A stretch of DNA of 64,000 bases. Source: Callorhinchus milii (taxonomy: Eukaryota). This document shows positions 50,281 to 63,549 of this stretch, piece after piece. The notes below the pieces were generated by a model. It ran no database searches, was not told where the DNA came from, and worked only from the letters and a program-made list of their open reading frames with translations. A program made the translations under genes and the position numbers. Every line of letters begins with the position of its first letter. Within the stretch, counting starts at the first letter, position 1. The stretch spans positions 100,380,001 to 100,444,000 of the forward strand of contig NW_024704742.1 in NCBI RefSeq assembly GCF_018977255.1, read 5' to 3'.

Positions 50281-50456
50281 GGGGTCTTTGGTAAACATCT
50301 TTTAAATCTCTAATTTCCCTCCATCCCTAAATTTGTCTTGTATTTCAAGATGGTCTTTTACTTGAAAAGTACCATATAATTCCAACTTGTTGGAAAGAAT
50401 AAGATCACAAGGATCTTCATCCAAATAGGGATAAAAAAAGCTCTTTGGACAATTTG

Positions 50457-50782
50457 ATAATAATAATAATAATATTCCTTGCATTTGATATAGCGCTTTT
50501 CACGTTGGGAGGACGTCCCAAAGCGCTTCACAGAATATAATGTAAAGTGAATTGACTGTATATTTGTGGCCGAACGCGGCAGCCAATTGCGCACAGCAAT
50601 GTCCCACAAACAGTCGTGGATTGAAAATGACCAATTTATTATTGTTTTGGTTTTTTTTTTGAGGGATTATTATTAGGCGTGTGGAGTAAGGAAACTTGCC
50701 CAAGGTTTCGCCCTACCTGGAATTGAACTCAGGACTCTCACTTGCAAAGCGAGTGCTCTAACCACTGAGCTACAGGACTCCA
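50457..50782 (-). mobile_element. Full-length young SINE nested in a minus-strand CR1 (about 50385-51680, further piece 52870-52960)
   Basis: Complete SINE; flanking CR1 gives QCEAAINKANRMLGYI...LVKPHLEYC. Confidence 0.92.
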
Positions 50783-51686
50783 CGATGATCTCATCTTTTC
50801 AGAATACCCAGTCTGCTATTCTCCCATTACAAATCAAGGTGTTTTTTAAATGAGTAAACCACCCTCAACTGTTTCAACCACCCTTCATGGTAACCCGTTC
50901 CATTCATTAATTATCCTCTGCATAAAGAAACACTTCCTGGTGTCTGGTCTGAAAGTACCCTTTCTAATCCTGAACCTGCATCCTCTTGTTCTGCTGTCTC
51001 AGGTTATCTGAAATTATTGTTTTGGTGTTTTACTTTCTCAATGACATTTGAAATCTTGTATACCTCAATAAGGTTGCTTCTGAGATATCTCCTTTGAAGA
51101 ATGAAGGGCCCTAGCATGTCTAATTAATCCTCTAGCACTGGGGTTCATCTTTATTGCTCTCTTCTGTACTGTCTCTTAGGCTCCCTTATGTCACAACAAC
51201 CAGGACTGTGTACAGTACTCTAGGTGTGGCTTGACAAGAAAGCTATATTGCTTGAGTAAAAATTCTGGAGATCTGAACTCAACTGGTATAGCAATATAGC
51301 CCAACATCCTGTTTGCCTTGTTTATTGCTGCCTCGCACTGTTTTGACATAGCAAGTGATGAATGAACCCACACTACTAGATATCTTTCAGTTTCCGCTTG
51401 GCAAGTTCTACTATATTGTGGGCATTTCCCCTACAAAATACACAGTCAATTCACTCTACAATATATTCTGCGAAACCTTTGAGATGTCTCAATGACATAA
51501 TAAGGCACTATATCAAATGCAACGATTAATATTATTATTATTATTCCATCCATGGAATACATGTGCCTCCAATTCTTATTCCTATATTATATTCATTGCT
51601 ATTGAACTTCATTTGCCGTTCATCAGCCCATGTGCATACACTCTCAAGCTTTCTTTACTGTCCTCTGATGAGAACATCAGTTCTCT

Positions 51687-52003
51687 GGAGTCATGTAGCT
51701 CAATGGTAGAGCACTTGCCTTGCAAGCGAGAGACTCGGGTTCGATTCCTGGCATGGTGAAACCTTGGGCAAGTTTCCGTACTACACATGCCTGATAATAA
51801 TCCCTCAAGAAAAAAAACAATGATAAAATTGGTCACTTCAATCCATGACTGTTTGTGGGACACTGCTGTGCGCAATTGGCTGCCACATTTCGCCCACAAA
51901 TATACAGTCAATTCACTTTACAGTATATTCTGTGAAGCGCTTTGAGACATCTAGAAGATGTGAAAAATGCTATATCAAATGCAAGGATTATTATTATTAT
52001 TAT
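51687..52003 (+). mobile_element. Full-length SINE, moderately diverged
   Basis: A box, B box ggttcgattcc, body, (TTA)n tail. Confidence 0.92.
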
Positions 52004-52011
52004 TTAGTATT

Positions 52012-52870
52012 CTGTCAGCTTGTCTGGCAGACATGAAAGCCTGGATGAGCGCAAACTTCTTGCAGTTAAAACATCAATAAGACAGAAGCCATACTCTTTG
52101 GCTCCTGTTGACGTCTTCTGTCCTGCAGTTCAGACCTCTTCATCCTACCCGATCTGTCCTTTAAAACTCTCTGAACCCGTGCGCAACTTAGACATGCCCA
52201 GTTATCCTTCCTTCCTCACAACTAACTGACAAGGACAGCTTTCCTCCATCTCTGCCACATTGCCTGTCTCCGACAATACCTCACTCCACAAGCTGTCAAA
52301 ACCCTTGTCCACGCCTTCGTCCCTCTTAGCTGGACTACTCAAATGCACTCCTTGCCAGTCTCCCCTCCTCCACTATTCACAAAATCCAACTCATCTAAGA
52401 TTCCACCGCCCGCATTCTCACCCGCACTAAACTCCACACCCCGATTACTCCGGTCTTTGCCAAATTCCATTCTCTCCCAGTCACAGAGCAGATCGACTTC
52501 AAGATCTTCACTTTAGTGTTTAAATCCCTCCACACCTTGGTAGCCCCCTATCTCTGGAACCTCTTCTCTCCTCACCTGCTGCCTCTGCTCTAGTGGCACC
52601 GGCCTTCTCCTTGTCCCTTGAATCCTCTGCTCTACCATTGAAGGTGGTGTCTTCAGCCACTACACCACGAAGCTATGGAACTCCCTCCCTCAATCCCTTC
52701 GCATTGCCGCTTCTTTCCCCCTTTTCAGGTTGTGCCTGAAGACCTTCCTGTTCGACTGTTCCTACGATCACCTTCCTCCTTCCCCTGACTCGGCATTGAG
52801 CTCCGCCATTCTTAAGCATTCTGGGATGCCATGGAGGGCGTTATATAAATGCAAGTTGTTGTGTTGTTGT
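52012..52870 (+). mobile_element. L2-clade LINE 3' fragment
   Basis: Collinear with 28070-28940; (TTG)n tail. Confidence 0.88.
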
Positions 52871-52959
52871 TTCTGTCTTATCTAGTTCCACAGTTCACCT
52901 AACTTGATGTCATCTGCAAACTTAACTCCCTTACACAAGGTCAGCAAATCCAGGTCATT

Positions 52960-53345
52960 TATTCGCCCACAAATATACGGTCAATTCACTTCACAGTATA
53001 TTCTGTGAAGTGCTTTGAGACGTCTAGAAGACGTGAAAAGCACAATATCAAATGCAAGGATTATCATTATTATTATTACTATTATTATTATTATAATAAT
53101 CTTACATTTGATATAGAGCCTTATCCGACTATTGAGACATCTCAAAGCGCTTCACAGAATATACTATGAAATAAAGCCTTTATATTCTGTGGGAGAAACG
53201 CGGCAGCCAATTGCACACAGAAGTGACAATTGTTTTTTTTGAAGCGTTTATTACCCACGGAAAGCGATCCGCCAATTGACTAACAATCGGGTTCCTACTT
53301 AAAGCTAGGTAAACAGGCGTGTGGAGTAAGGAAACTTGTCTAAGG
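52960..53345. mobile_element. Tail-to-tail SINE pair (plus 3' piece 52960-53095; minus long-form piece 53095-53345)
   Basis: (TTA)n tract shared by two opposed SINE ends. Confidence 0.8.
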
Positions 53346-55194
53346 TTTTGCGTTGTATATAAGGAATTGAAGATGTCCCAGTACAGACCCCCTCGCTTAA
53401 AACTCCCACCATTTAATTACTCATTTAGCTACTTTCACCATCAAAATACACAGTTCTCTGCACTTTACAATATATTTTGTGAAGCGCATTGGGACAATCT
53501 CCTGAGGCGAAAGACACTATACCAAATGTAAGGATTATTACTATAAAACAAAGCTCGTCTTTAATATGTGAGTCATGTCAAGGTGTTTCTCTCATTGTTT
53601 TAAACATCAACCTTTTTAAAAAATGTATGAAACTATTCAGCTTAGTCAATTCTGTAATAAAATATCTTTGTCAGAGCCTTTGGTGTCCTGGAACTGTTCA
53701 ACAAAATCATATAAAATGTGAGCTTGGTCCCTAATGCTTTAAATGAATGAGCTAATGTCTACAGTAAGCTCACAAAAAGTCATTAACGTAAAAACATGCA
53801 CCTACTTTGTGAAATTGTTAAAGGCCAAAGATGCTGAGATAATGTCTTGTCAAGTCAAACTAGGTACCCTCACATCATTGCCATTTAGAGCATGAAGAGC
53901 ATCATCCTCACCTTCATTATCTCACTTATCTCTGAGGGTGGCAGGGTCATCAATAGAAACAGGACTATCAATCAATCTATAGACTTCTTCAAGACATGGC
54001 ATGCTGGCTGATCAGAGACTTGGGGGAGGGAATCAGGTTTACATTATCAGGACCTGGTCTCTGATCAGATCCAGCCAGTGAATCGTTTGCTATCCACTTG
54101 GTCCAACATCTCACTGCAAAAAAAAGTCCTGACAGTTCATTTATTGTGCGAGGTTTTGCAGCCAGATGTCATTTGACTGGCTGAGACCCACCCCTTTGAT
54201 AGTGGAGACTCCTGCTGAGGGTAATCTGTTATTCCTCTGTGTTGTAAAGGAGTATTTCTCTACCCAGCTGCTGAATGTAACATTTGCTATTTTTCAGTTT
54301 CCTGGCAAGCTGCCCATCAAAGGCTTTGTTATAAACGCATCTTCTAAGATTCTCCTTGGTTCCCTGGGAATATTTGTTGATGTAAGTGTGGTTCATTTGT
54401 AATTCAAGCATACAACTAATACTAAAATTCATCTAAAAAAATCGATCAAGAGTACTTTTAAATGGTTGGAAGTTATATAAAAATAAAGCAATGGAACAAT
54501 GTTCACAGATATCCCGCTGCCAAATAATAATAAACCTTGCATTGATATAGGCCTTATCACGTTTTCGAGATGTCTCAAAGCATTTAACAGAATATACTGT
54601 AAAGTGAATTGACCGTATATTTTGTGGGCAAACCGAGATAAACATTTACTAATTTATTAAATCTTTTTTCATGTACACTTACACAACCTAAACATAGATA
54701 ATGAGATATGTAGAGATGGATCTCTGAGCTGAGGATTGTGAAAGTATGTCATTGTTTATTAACAGCTGTTCTGTGGCTTGTTCCTTATGATGTGTTATAC
54801 CTCTGTTGAAAAAAAGTTTTAAATCCATTAGAAAAAAACACTGGCTCAGAGAACTTGTTTCAAACGACTATACGTGAGAGATGCCTGCCAAATATTACAG
54901 TGATTTTGATAGTCCTGTCAGCTCCAATCTTGGATTTGCTAATTGGATCACCAAGGATAGATGAGCTGCACATTTCGATTCTTTTGAACTTGGATTATTC
55001 ATGCCAACCAACAGAGAAATCATTCAGCTTTCAGACAAAGATGGTGCTGAGTAATTCAATGTTCTTAAAGACCATCATTGGTATTGGAAATTGGGCAAAA
55101 AATAAAATGATCAATGGCATCTGAAATCACTAACTAGTATCAATTACACAGGTGCTGGTTTAAGAAATTGTGGTTCACGACCAGGGTGATGTAC

Positions 55195-57375
55195 AATACA
55201 ATACAAAACTACATTTGTAAAGCGCCTTTTATGTCAGGAAGACATCTCAAGGCACTGGGCAGAGGACATGGAGCAGGCCCAAGCCTGCTGAGCGGAGGGA
55301 ATGGACAGATTAATAAGGTGTTAATAGGTCAGAGAAGGAAGAGGGGGCAAAGCCATGGAGGTCTTTGAAGGTGAGGACGAGGATTTTGAGCTTGATCCTG
55401 TGAGGGATGGGGAGCCGGGCGAGGACGGCTGTAATGGGGTCACGGAGCCTGGTGTGGGAGAGGAGATGAGCTGCAGAGACCTGCAGCTTGTGGAGGGAAG
55501 AGTTGGGAAGGCCGACAAGGAGGGCATTGGCATAGACGAGCCTGGATGTCATGAAGGCATGTAAGAGGGTTTTGGCGACCTGAGGGGTGAGACAGTAGCG
55601 GAGTTGGGAAATGTTGCAGAGGTGGGGGAAGGCAGGAAACCTTCATACATTCCTTCATTACATCCAGGCTTAACTATGTCAAAGCCTTCCTTGGCACGGA
55701 TGTGGGGTAGAAAGGACAGTTGAGGGTCGAACAAGACGCCTTGGTTCCTGACTGGCTCGGTAAAGTGGAATTGGCATCCTTGGAGGCTGATGCTGCCAGT
55801 GCCTGAGGTGCGGAGGCATTAGTGTGAGACAATCAGGAGAGCCTCGGTCTTGCTGACATTCAACTGTAGAAAGTTGACTTTCATTCAGGACTTGATGTCT
55901 GACAGGCAGTGGAGGAGGGTGGAGGCAGAGAGATAGAGTTGGGTGTCATCCAAGTACATGTGAAAGTTGACCCCATGTCTGCAGATGATATTATCAAGAG
56001 GGAGCATGTACAGGTTGAAGAGGAGAGGACTGAGGATAGAGCCCTGAGGAACACCACACAAGATGGTGTAGGGGCTGGAGGAAATGCTGTTTGTGGAGAC
56101 ATAGTGGAGCCGATGTGAAAGATAGGATCTGAACCATTCAAGGACAGAACCTTGAAGGTTGAGGTGAGAGGAAGTTGGTGGAGGAGGATAAGAGTGGTCT
56201 ACAGTGTGAAAGGCAGCAGAGAGGTCGAGGAGGACGAGGAGGCAGAGGGAGCCTTGGTCACAGATGGACAGAATGTCATTTGTCACCATGACCAGAGCTG
56301 TTTCCATGCTATGTGCAGCATGGAAAGCCAATTGGAGGGGTTTGTAAAGGGAATGGCAGGAGAGGAAGGAGTGAAGCTGGGAAGCAACTAGGACCTTGGA
56401 AAGGAAAGGGAGTTTGGAGATGGAGCGGTAGTTTGTGACCACGGATGGGTTCAGGGAAGTTTTTTTTAGGATGGGGCACAGCTGTTTTTAGGGGGGTGGG
56501 AACAATGACAGTTGACAGGGAGAGGTTGACGTGGTCTGAGAGTAAAGGGGCAAGAAGGTGGAGCTGGGAGATAACAAGAGGGGTAGGGATGGGGTTGAGG
56601 GAGCAGGTGGTGGGCTTCATGCATGTTATAGTAGTGGTGAGAGGAATGGGAGACAAGGTTGAAGGTGTGGAGGGAGGGAATGGGTAGGGGCTGGAGTGTG
56701 ACGGAAAGATGAGGAGGGGGTGGCAGTGAGATGGCAGAGAAGGCTGAACGGATCCCCTCAATTTTGGTCTCGAAGAAATCCAGCATCTCCTCGCACTTGG
56801 AGTTGGAGGAGAGGATGGTCGAGGCATGAGAGGGTGGACGGAGTAGCCGGTTGGTAATGGAGAAGAGGAGCCTGGAGTTATCCTTGGCCTCCAAGATTAT
56901 CTTAGAATAGAAGGTTGATTTAGCGGAGGCGAGGGTGGAGCAGTAAGTTTTGATGTTGTCCAGCCAGATCTGCTGGTGGACTGTTAAATCAGACTTGAGC
57001 CAGGTGCAGCAGCACACACCTGACGCTTGATTGAGCAAGGTGGCTGGTGTAGGAGGGTGAGATGCGTGAGTAGGACGTGGTTCGGAGATGAGGGAGGCAA
57101 GGGCATCGAGAACGGTGGAGAGGGAGTTGTGGAGGAGAGTGACCAAGGAGTTTAAGTTGGTGCGGGAGGTAAGGCAGATGGGGAGGAGTTCAGACAACTC
57201 CAGGGCATTGGAGAGGGAGTGTGGGGAGATTCTTTTCCAGGGGCGGTAGGAGATGGAGGTGGGTTGGGTGGACGTGGGGAGAGGGATTCAGGAGTTAAGG
57301 AAGATGAAATGGTGAACTGAGATGGCTTTATCATCGGTGATTGTGAAGTTCGAGACACTGAGGCCCCGGGTAATC
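55195..57375 (-). mobile_element. L2-clade LINE, about 2.2 kb, longest in window, frameshifted
   Basis: NYRSISKLPFLSKVL, HSMETAL..VTND, LDLSAAFHTVDH, GVPQGSILSPLLFNLYM, YLDDTQLY. Confidence 0.95.
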
Positions 57376-59050
57376 ACCAGACGACTGTAATTCACCATTT
57401 GTGACCACAACTAATATAGGTAAATTAATGCAAGTAAATGTTTTTTACAAATACCAACCACAGATTATTCATAATAATATTTATCTATATACAAGGAATA
57501 TTCATACTATTCATGGTGCTAGCTTTGATGACCCATTCATGCCAATATGAGGTACTCTGTGTGGTATAATTCTATGAGCCACTATTTGTGAAGAATTGCT
57601 CCTAAATACATAAGCACTATTCAAATCACACAGCTACAAATCCTTCAACATGAAACTAGACTGCAAATAGGCTTTCAAATAACTAGAGTCAGAATCCACT
57701 GATTAACCAACTGCACAAATGTAAAAGATGCAACATATTAAGGAAACCAGTGAATGTAAAAGCCTAATTATTTAATTTATTCTTATTTAATGATGAATTA
57801 TTTGACATGCAACTTTTTTAATTTCCATTTCACCCACAGATAAAAATAAAATTACAGTATTTTTATAATACTCAACAAATGAAAAAGTTGTGAAGCTTTT
57901 TGACTGTTGACGCAGAGCATTGCAAATGGTCTCAAATGCTTGTTGTTTCCCCAATAATTCCATATTGTTGGTGATATTTAAAAGAACCAGCAGATAAAAC
58001 AGAAAATACAGTATGCTAGTTCAAAAGGAATGAGCTTTTCCTCATTTAAATTTTTAAGTTAAATAAACGTGTGAGTTAAGAGTGTTATAAAGCAGCACTT
58101 CATCGCTTCAATCCAACTTTGAAAATAGAATTCATAAGAAATAGCACTATTTTGGGTTATAGGAGTTCCATTAACTTGTTCTTTCCTGTTGAGAAAGTCT
58201 CCCTTCACTGCAAAGATTACAAGTAGGTTCCTTAAACCTCTGAAGGTCAAACTGACTGAGATGTATTGGGCACTTGTCAAGAGGAATATCCAACTAGCAA
58301 GTACTAAAGTATATTATTTAACTTTAAATCCTCTCCAAGGCCTGTCTTAATCCTCTGGGCTAAGCGGGATGGATGGATCTCTTTCACAAAGTAAATGCCA
58401 GTTGTGCCAGAATACCACTGAAGGGCAACCCCAACCACATTGTCTACTATTCCAAAAGAACTTCCTCTCTCCCCCTTCCTGCGTGACGAACACCCATTCC
58501 TGTCTGCCCATCATTCTTTGCTGTCTGCCCACTATTCCTTCTTGCCTGCCCCCCACCTCTTTCCACTTGCCCCCCACCCCTTCCTGCCCCCATTCCTCCC
58601 ATGAGCAAACAACTTACCTACAGAAGGTCACCACATTTTGATGTTTCTAAATTCCTGAAAAAGTTTGGAAATAGTTTAGAAATCCAGAAAACTTAACCCC
58701 ATATTCACCAGTGATATTATCTCATACATTAATGCCTGGGAAAAGCCACGCTGATCCTATAAGACAGTTCTGTGTACAAGGTATATCAGTTTCAGCGTTA
58801 GTGCTCATACTGAACCATAGATTTTAATGTTGATACATCTCATCCTAAAACATTGCTGGATTCTGCAGTAATTAGAGACACGTAATCAAATCATGTGACC
58901 GTCACATAGGTTAATTATCCTTTCAATGGGTTTTCCACTATTTAGGTTAAGCCCCATGGTTTAGGTGTTAAAATCACTCAAGCATTTAAGTCGTTATGTC
59001 ATGGGTGTCCATACATTCAGACATTGCATATCACATAGAATTAATGTCCA

Positions 59051-59327
59051 CAGTGATGGACTGGCTCCCTGAAAGGTCTCGGGATTTTCAGATAAAATGG
59101 GGTCACCGATTTGCGAGGACACAGAGGGTGGGTCCGGCAATGTTTGTCTATTGCAGCTGTTATCAGTGATGGTGGACTCTGGATGATGGCTGGTCTGAGC
59201 CGTGACTCACCCAAATGTCAGGCTCTGGGGCAGTAAGTATTGGGAGCCAATCATGGGGGCACTCAGGAACCATTCACATGGGCACCTGGGAAATTTCCTA
59301 ATTTCCCATATAGCCAGTCCGCCCCTG
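59051..59327. mobile_element. Non-autonomous hAT-type DNA transposon (MITE), 277 bp
   Basis: TIRs CAGTGATGGACTGGCT / AGCCAGTCCGCCCCTG (13/16 match); 8-bp TSD aatgtcca / gatgtcca (7/8). Confidence 0.8.
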
Positions 59328-59499
59328 GATGTCCACTTTAACTTTGTGCTAGCAGGAAATTAGCAACCTTTAAACATTTTCTGGATTGTGAAAAATTTCA
59401 GCAAACGAAATCCTCATAACAGAAATAAATCGGTTTTGAATATTTGCCGAGTGGCATACAAGTTCTAATACCCTGAGAGTTCCGGAGATCAAAGGAGAT

Positions 59500-59790
59500 T
59501 CAGATGAAGAAGGCCCTTTGGCCTATTTGATCTTTTCCTTCCAGAATACCTGCCCTACCATCTCCCATCACAGCATCAAGCATCCAGTATCCTGGTCTCA
59601 ACCACCCTTCATGGTAACCAGCTCCAGTCATTAATTACCCTCTGAGTAAAGAAATATTTCTTGGTGTCTGTCCTGAAATTGCCTTTGCAATCCTAAACCT
59701 GTGCCCTCTTTGGCTGTCTCAGTGCATCCAAAAGTATTGTTCTGAGTTGACTTTGTAAATCCCATTTATAATCTTATATACCTCTAGAAA
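59500..59790 (-). mobile_element. CR1 LINE 3' fragment
   Basis: Collinear with the CR1 at 50790-51070 (caaccacccttcatggtaacc...). Confidence 0.75.
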
Positions 59791-60384
59791 GTCAGGACTT
59801 TAAATACATAGGTGGAGTTGGGGACTATTCTGCAGTCTACTGTGTTTTAAGAGAGCCTAATAACAAGATCATTTGTTTCATTAAGTATTAAATGTGTTTG
59901 ACATTGATGTGTTTTTATTTGATGCCATGCAGTACTTTAATTTAGTCCTTAACTGAACTTGCGACAAGTCAGTCTTAGTTAATGTGGAAAGTAAATGTTT
60001 TAAGTTAAAATGTTACAGCTCCCCTTAAAGATACAATAATTTACCAATCTGTGTCACATCTGTGACAGATAGAGCTAGCTCCTTGTTCCAATAACATAGC
60101 TTTATACTGTGGGATGAATGCCAGTGACAACAGGGGCAACAGAGCAGTGCCTGAGGGAGGCCAGTTATTACTGATAATACAGTAATGCAATCCCTCTCCA
60201 TATTAATATCCAAATCTTTTCATTCTATGAAAAGGTTTCAGTGGAAAACATATGAGATCAAAATCCATTTATAAAAATCCTGTTCTTTAATAAAGCTGAG
60301 AAACAGATTTTATGCAGGCAGTCGTATCTATTCAGGAGTTGAAAGCAACTGAGACAAAAAGAAAAAATATTTTACCGGTTTCAT

Positions 60385-60670
60385 AATATTCCTTGCATTT
60401 AGTATAACGCCTTTCACAACGGGAGAACATCCCAAAGTGCTTCACAGGATTTACTGTGAAATGGAGTGACTGTGTATTTGTATGAGAACGCGGCAGCCCA
60501 ATTGTACATAGCAATGTCCTGCAAACTGCCATGGAGTGAGTGACCAATTTTTATTTGGGGGATTGTTGGCCAGGTCACCGGGAAAAACTCCCTTATCATT
60601 TTGAAGAGTGCCATCTTCTTTAACATCCACATGAACAGAAAGATGGGACTTCATCTGAAGGACGGCGTTA
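60385..60670 (-). mobile_element. Deu-type SINE fragment
   Basis: Tail plus Deu body as at 41250-41555. Confidence 0.8.
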
Positions 60671-62174
60671 CATTGATAAATCTTATATACATGAAGAATT
60701 TACTGTCATGCAAGGGACAACTGGAGTAGATTGTCAACCACTATGCATGTTCATTAATCTATCCAGTCGGTTTATGTTGCTTAGTTTATCAGCTACTTAC
60801 AGTCCTCATTGCTGTTGCTGAAGATGATGATAATGTGCAGCAAGGAGTGGGGAAAAAAAATTAAATTCCCCAAAATAACTAGTTGGAAAAAGCCATAAAA
60901 ACAGTTCTGATTTTCTTTTGTTAATTAACATGAATCATGATGCATAAAGAATATAGAAATGTTCCTTTTGTTCTTGAAAATGAGGCACAACATCATGCAT
61001 CCAGAATTAGAGACATATGCAGTGACAAACCACTGAATGCGGTTTACAGAATCTCACACATCCCACATTTCTCAGAACCCACTTGGCTGATATTCTTCCT
61101 TTGAGACAAGTATTTATTTTTCTCTCAATAACTGCTAATTTTCATTAAAGTGCAAGTCCATTGAAGGCTTGAATCTCAAACCCATATCTGGGGAGACTCT
61201 TCAAGCTCCTCTTACCCTGCTGAACAGGATATAAGAAAATACGTAATTGGATAGATGATCCTTCCATTATCTCTGGGCTACAATCTTTCCATATTCTGTG
61301 TGAATCGTCTTTACTCTGTTGACACAATAGGCTTTGCTCGTCTGAGATTTTCCCCTTGCTCTTCCCAAGATGAAATACAATATATTATACCTTTTCCTGT
61401 TCTCTGGATATTCACTGTGGTGAAATTGAGCTTCACTGAATCAGCTCTTATTTATTCTTTCCTGAAGTTTGTGAATGATGTGAAATGTCAAATGTAATAT
61501 GTCATATACAAATGTAATTTTGATGTTGTTGCTGTGAATGCTTTTACCTCCTTTGATTTTTCTTTCCTCCTACAATCGATAGGCTTTTAAAATGCAACTT
61601 TCGTGACACTTAACCATTAATCCTTGTTCTATCTCACCTTTGGTTCTTATGTTTCCAACATTGAGTGTACACTGCATTGTGGGTCTTGGCCCTTTACAAA
61701 AATAATCCCTACATTTACATTTGATTTAGCAACTTTCATATCAGGAGGTCATCTCAAAGCGCTTCACAGGATTTTGTTGAATTTGGTAGTCAAACATGGC
61801 AAATAATTTACGCACAGAAATATCCCCATCAGCCATGAAGTGAATAATATTTTTTTAGTTGAGGGATTGTCTGTCAGTCGGTCAGTACGCTGGAAGAAAA
61901 TCCCTTCATTTTCAAATAGTGATATTAAATCTTTAACGTTACCTGAACAAGATACATGACACAAAACACAGAGCAATATACAACACCACCACCACCGCCT
62001 TGCATTTATATAGCATCTTCACACGGGGTAGCGTCTCAGAGTGCTTTTGATATACAGTGTGATTCTCTGTATCAAGTCGGAACTGCGTTGATTTGACTTA
62101 ACTCAATGCAGCCACATTTGGATTAAGCTTGATTTAATGTCTCATCCAAAGGCTGGCACCTCCAACAATGCAGC

Positions 62175-63180
62175 AACAACAACAACAACAACAACAAGAT
62201 TCCATTTATAAAGCGCCTTTCACGTCAGGAGGACGTCCCAAGGCGCTGCACAGTTGGGTCATGACCCGAGCAGGGGGGAAATGGTCAGGGTGAGGGGAGG
62301 GAAGGGAGGGAGCGAGGAGGATGAAGAGAGTCGAGAGGGGAGCTGAAGGCACGGTCAAAGAGAAAGGTTTTGAGACTGGCCTTGAAGGAGGAAAGGGAGG
62401 AGGCGGCGAAGGCACTGGGGGATGGACTTCCAGAGCCTGGGGGCTGAGAGGCTGAAGGCCCGACCACCGATGGTAGGGCGGTTGGGGCGGGGGACGTGGA
62501 GCAGACCAGAGCCAGAGGAACGGAGGGTACGGGCAGGTAGGTAGGGGGATAGTAGGTCGGAGAGGTAGGAGGGAGCAAGGCCGTGAATGGCCTTGTAGGT
62601 GAGGATGAGGATCTTGAAATCAATCCTCTGGGGGATGGGGAGCCAGTGGAGGCGAGCGAGGGTGGGAGTGATGTGGTCCCGAAGCCTGGTGCGGGACAGT
62701 ACACGAGCTGCAGAGTTCTGAATGACCTGTAGCTTGTGGAGGGAGGTGCCGGGAAGGCCGACGAGGAGAGAGTTCCCATAGTCCAGCCTTGAGGTGACAA
62801 AGGTGTGGACCAGGGTTTCAGCAGCGTGAGGGGTGAGGTAGTGCCGTAGTCTGGCGATGTTCCGGAGGTGATGGAAGGCGGTGCCAGTTGTGGTGCGGAT
62901 GTGAGGGAGAAAGGACAGCTCAGAGTCGAACAAAATGCCGAGGTTCCTGACCGGCTTTGAGAGGTGGAGAGTGCAGCCTTGGATGCTGATGGTGTCAGCG
63001 CCTGAGGTGCGGAGGCGCTGACGTGAGCCAATCAGGAGGGCCTCGGTTTTTCGCACGTTGAGCTGAAGAAAGTTGTCTCTCGTCCAGGACTCGATGTCGG
63101 ACAGGCAGCTGTCAGGACATCGGTGGTCGTGGAGTTGAGAGTAGAGGAGGAAAGGTAGAGTTGGGTGTCATCCGCATACA
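62175..63180 (-). mobile_element. Young L2-clade LINE 3' kilobase
   Basis: YADDTQLY through a 233-aa open frame (KTEALLIGS...AAETLVHTFVTSRLDYGN...); (CAA)n tail. Confidence 0.96.
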
Positions 63181-63549
63181 ATTATTTCCCTAGCTTTTCA
63201 CAGAGAGTGTCAGTCTCAATTGTGGTTCAAAGTCCTGATGTAATTATAAAAAGAACTACCATTGCCATAATATTTTTAAAACCATATTGAAAATCATTTG
63301 CACAAAACAGTACAAAAAACATTTTCCAAATACTTTATGGTTTGCTTTGTGGTTCTGAACAAATGTTAGGTCAAAATAATTTTTTAATTTTCCCTCAAGA
63401 TTCAGAACACAAACACAGCAGCAGAATAAAGTGTGATTCTCTGTAATAAAGTACGAGCATGTGATTCCCTGAACTTACTCAATGCAGCCAAGTTTAGATT
63501 AAGTTTTGTTTATTCAGATGCTTCCCTCTGATCCTTTAAGAAAATTATT

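Noticed and set aside
55195..57375. Active, autonomous L2
   Set aside because: 5'-truncated, with multiple frameshifts and internal deletions.
58605..58640. Strong minus-strand donor-like site (TAG|GTAAGT) as the upstream PRDM6 exon
   Set aside because: The upstream sequence does not translate to PR-domain residues; isolated consensus matches are expected by chance.
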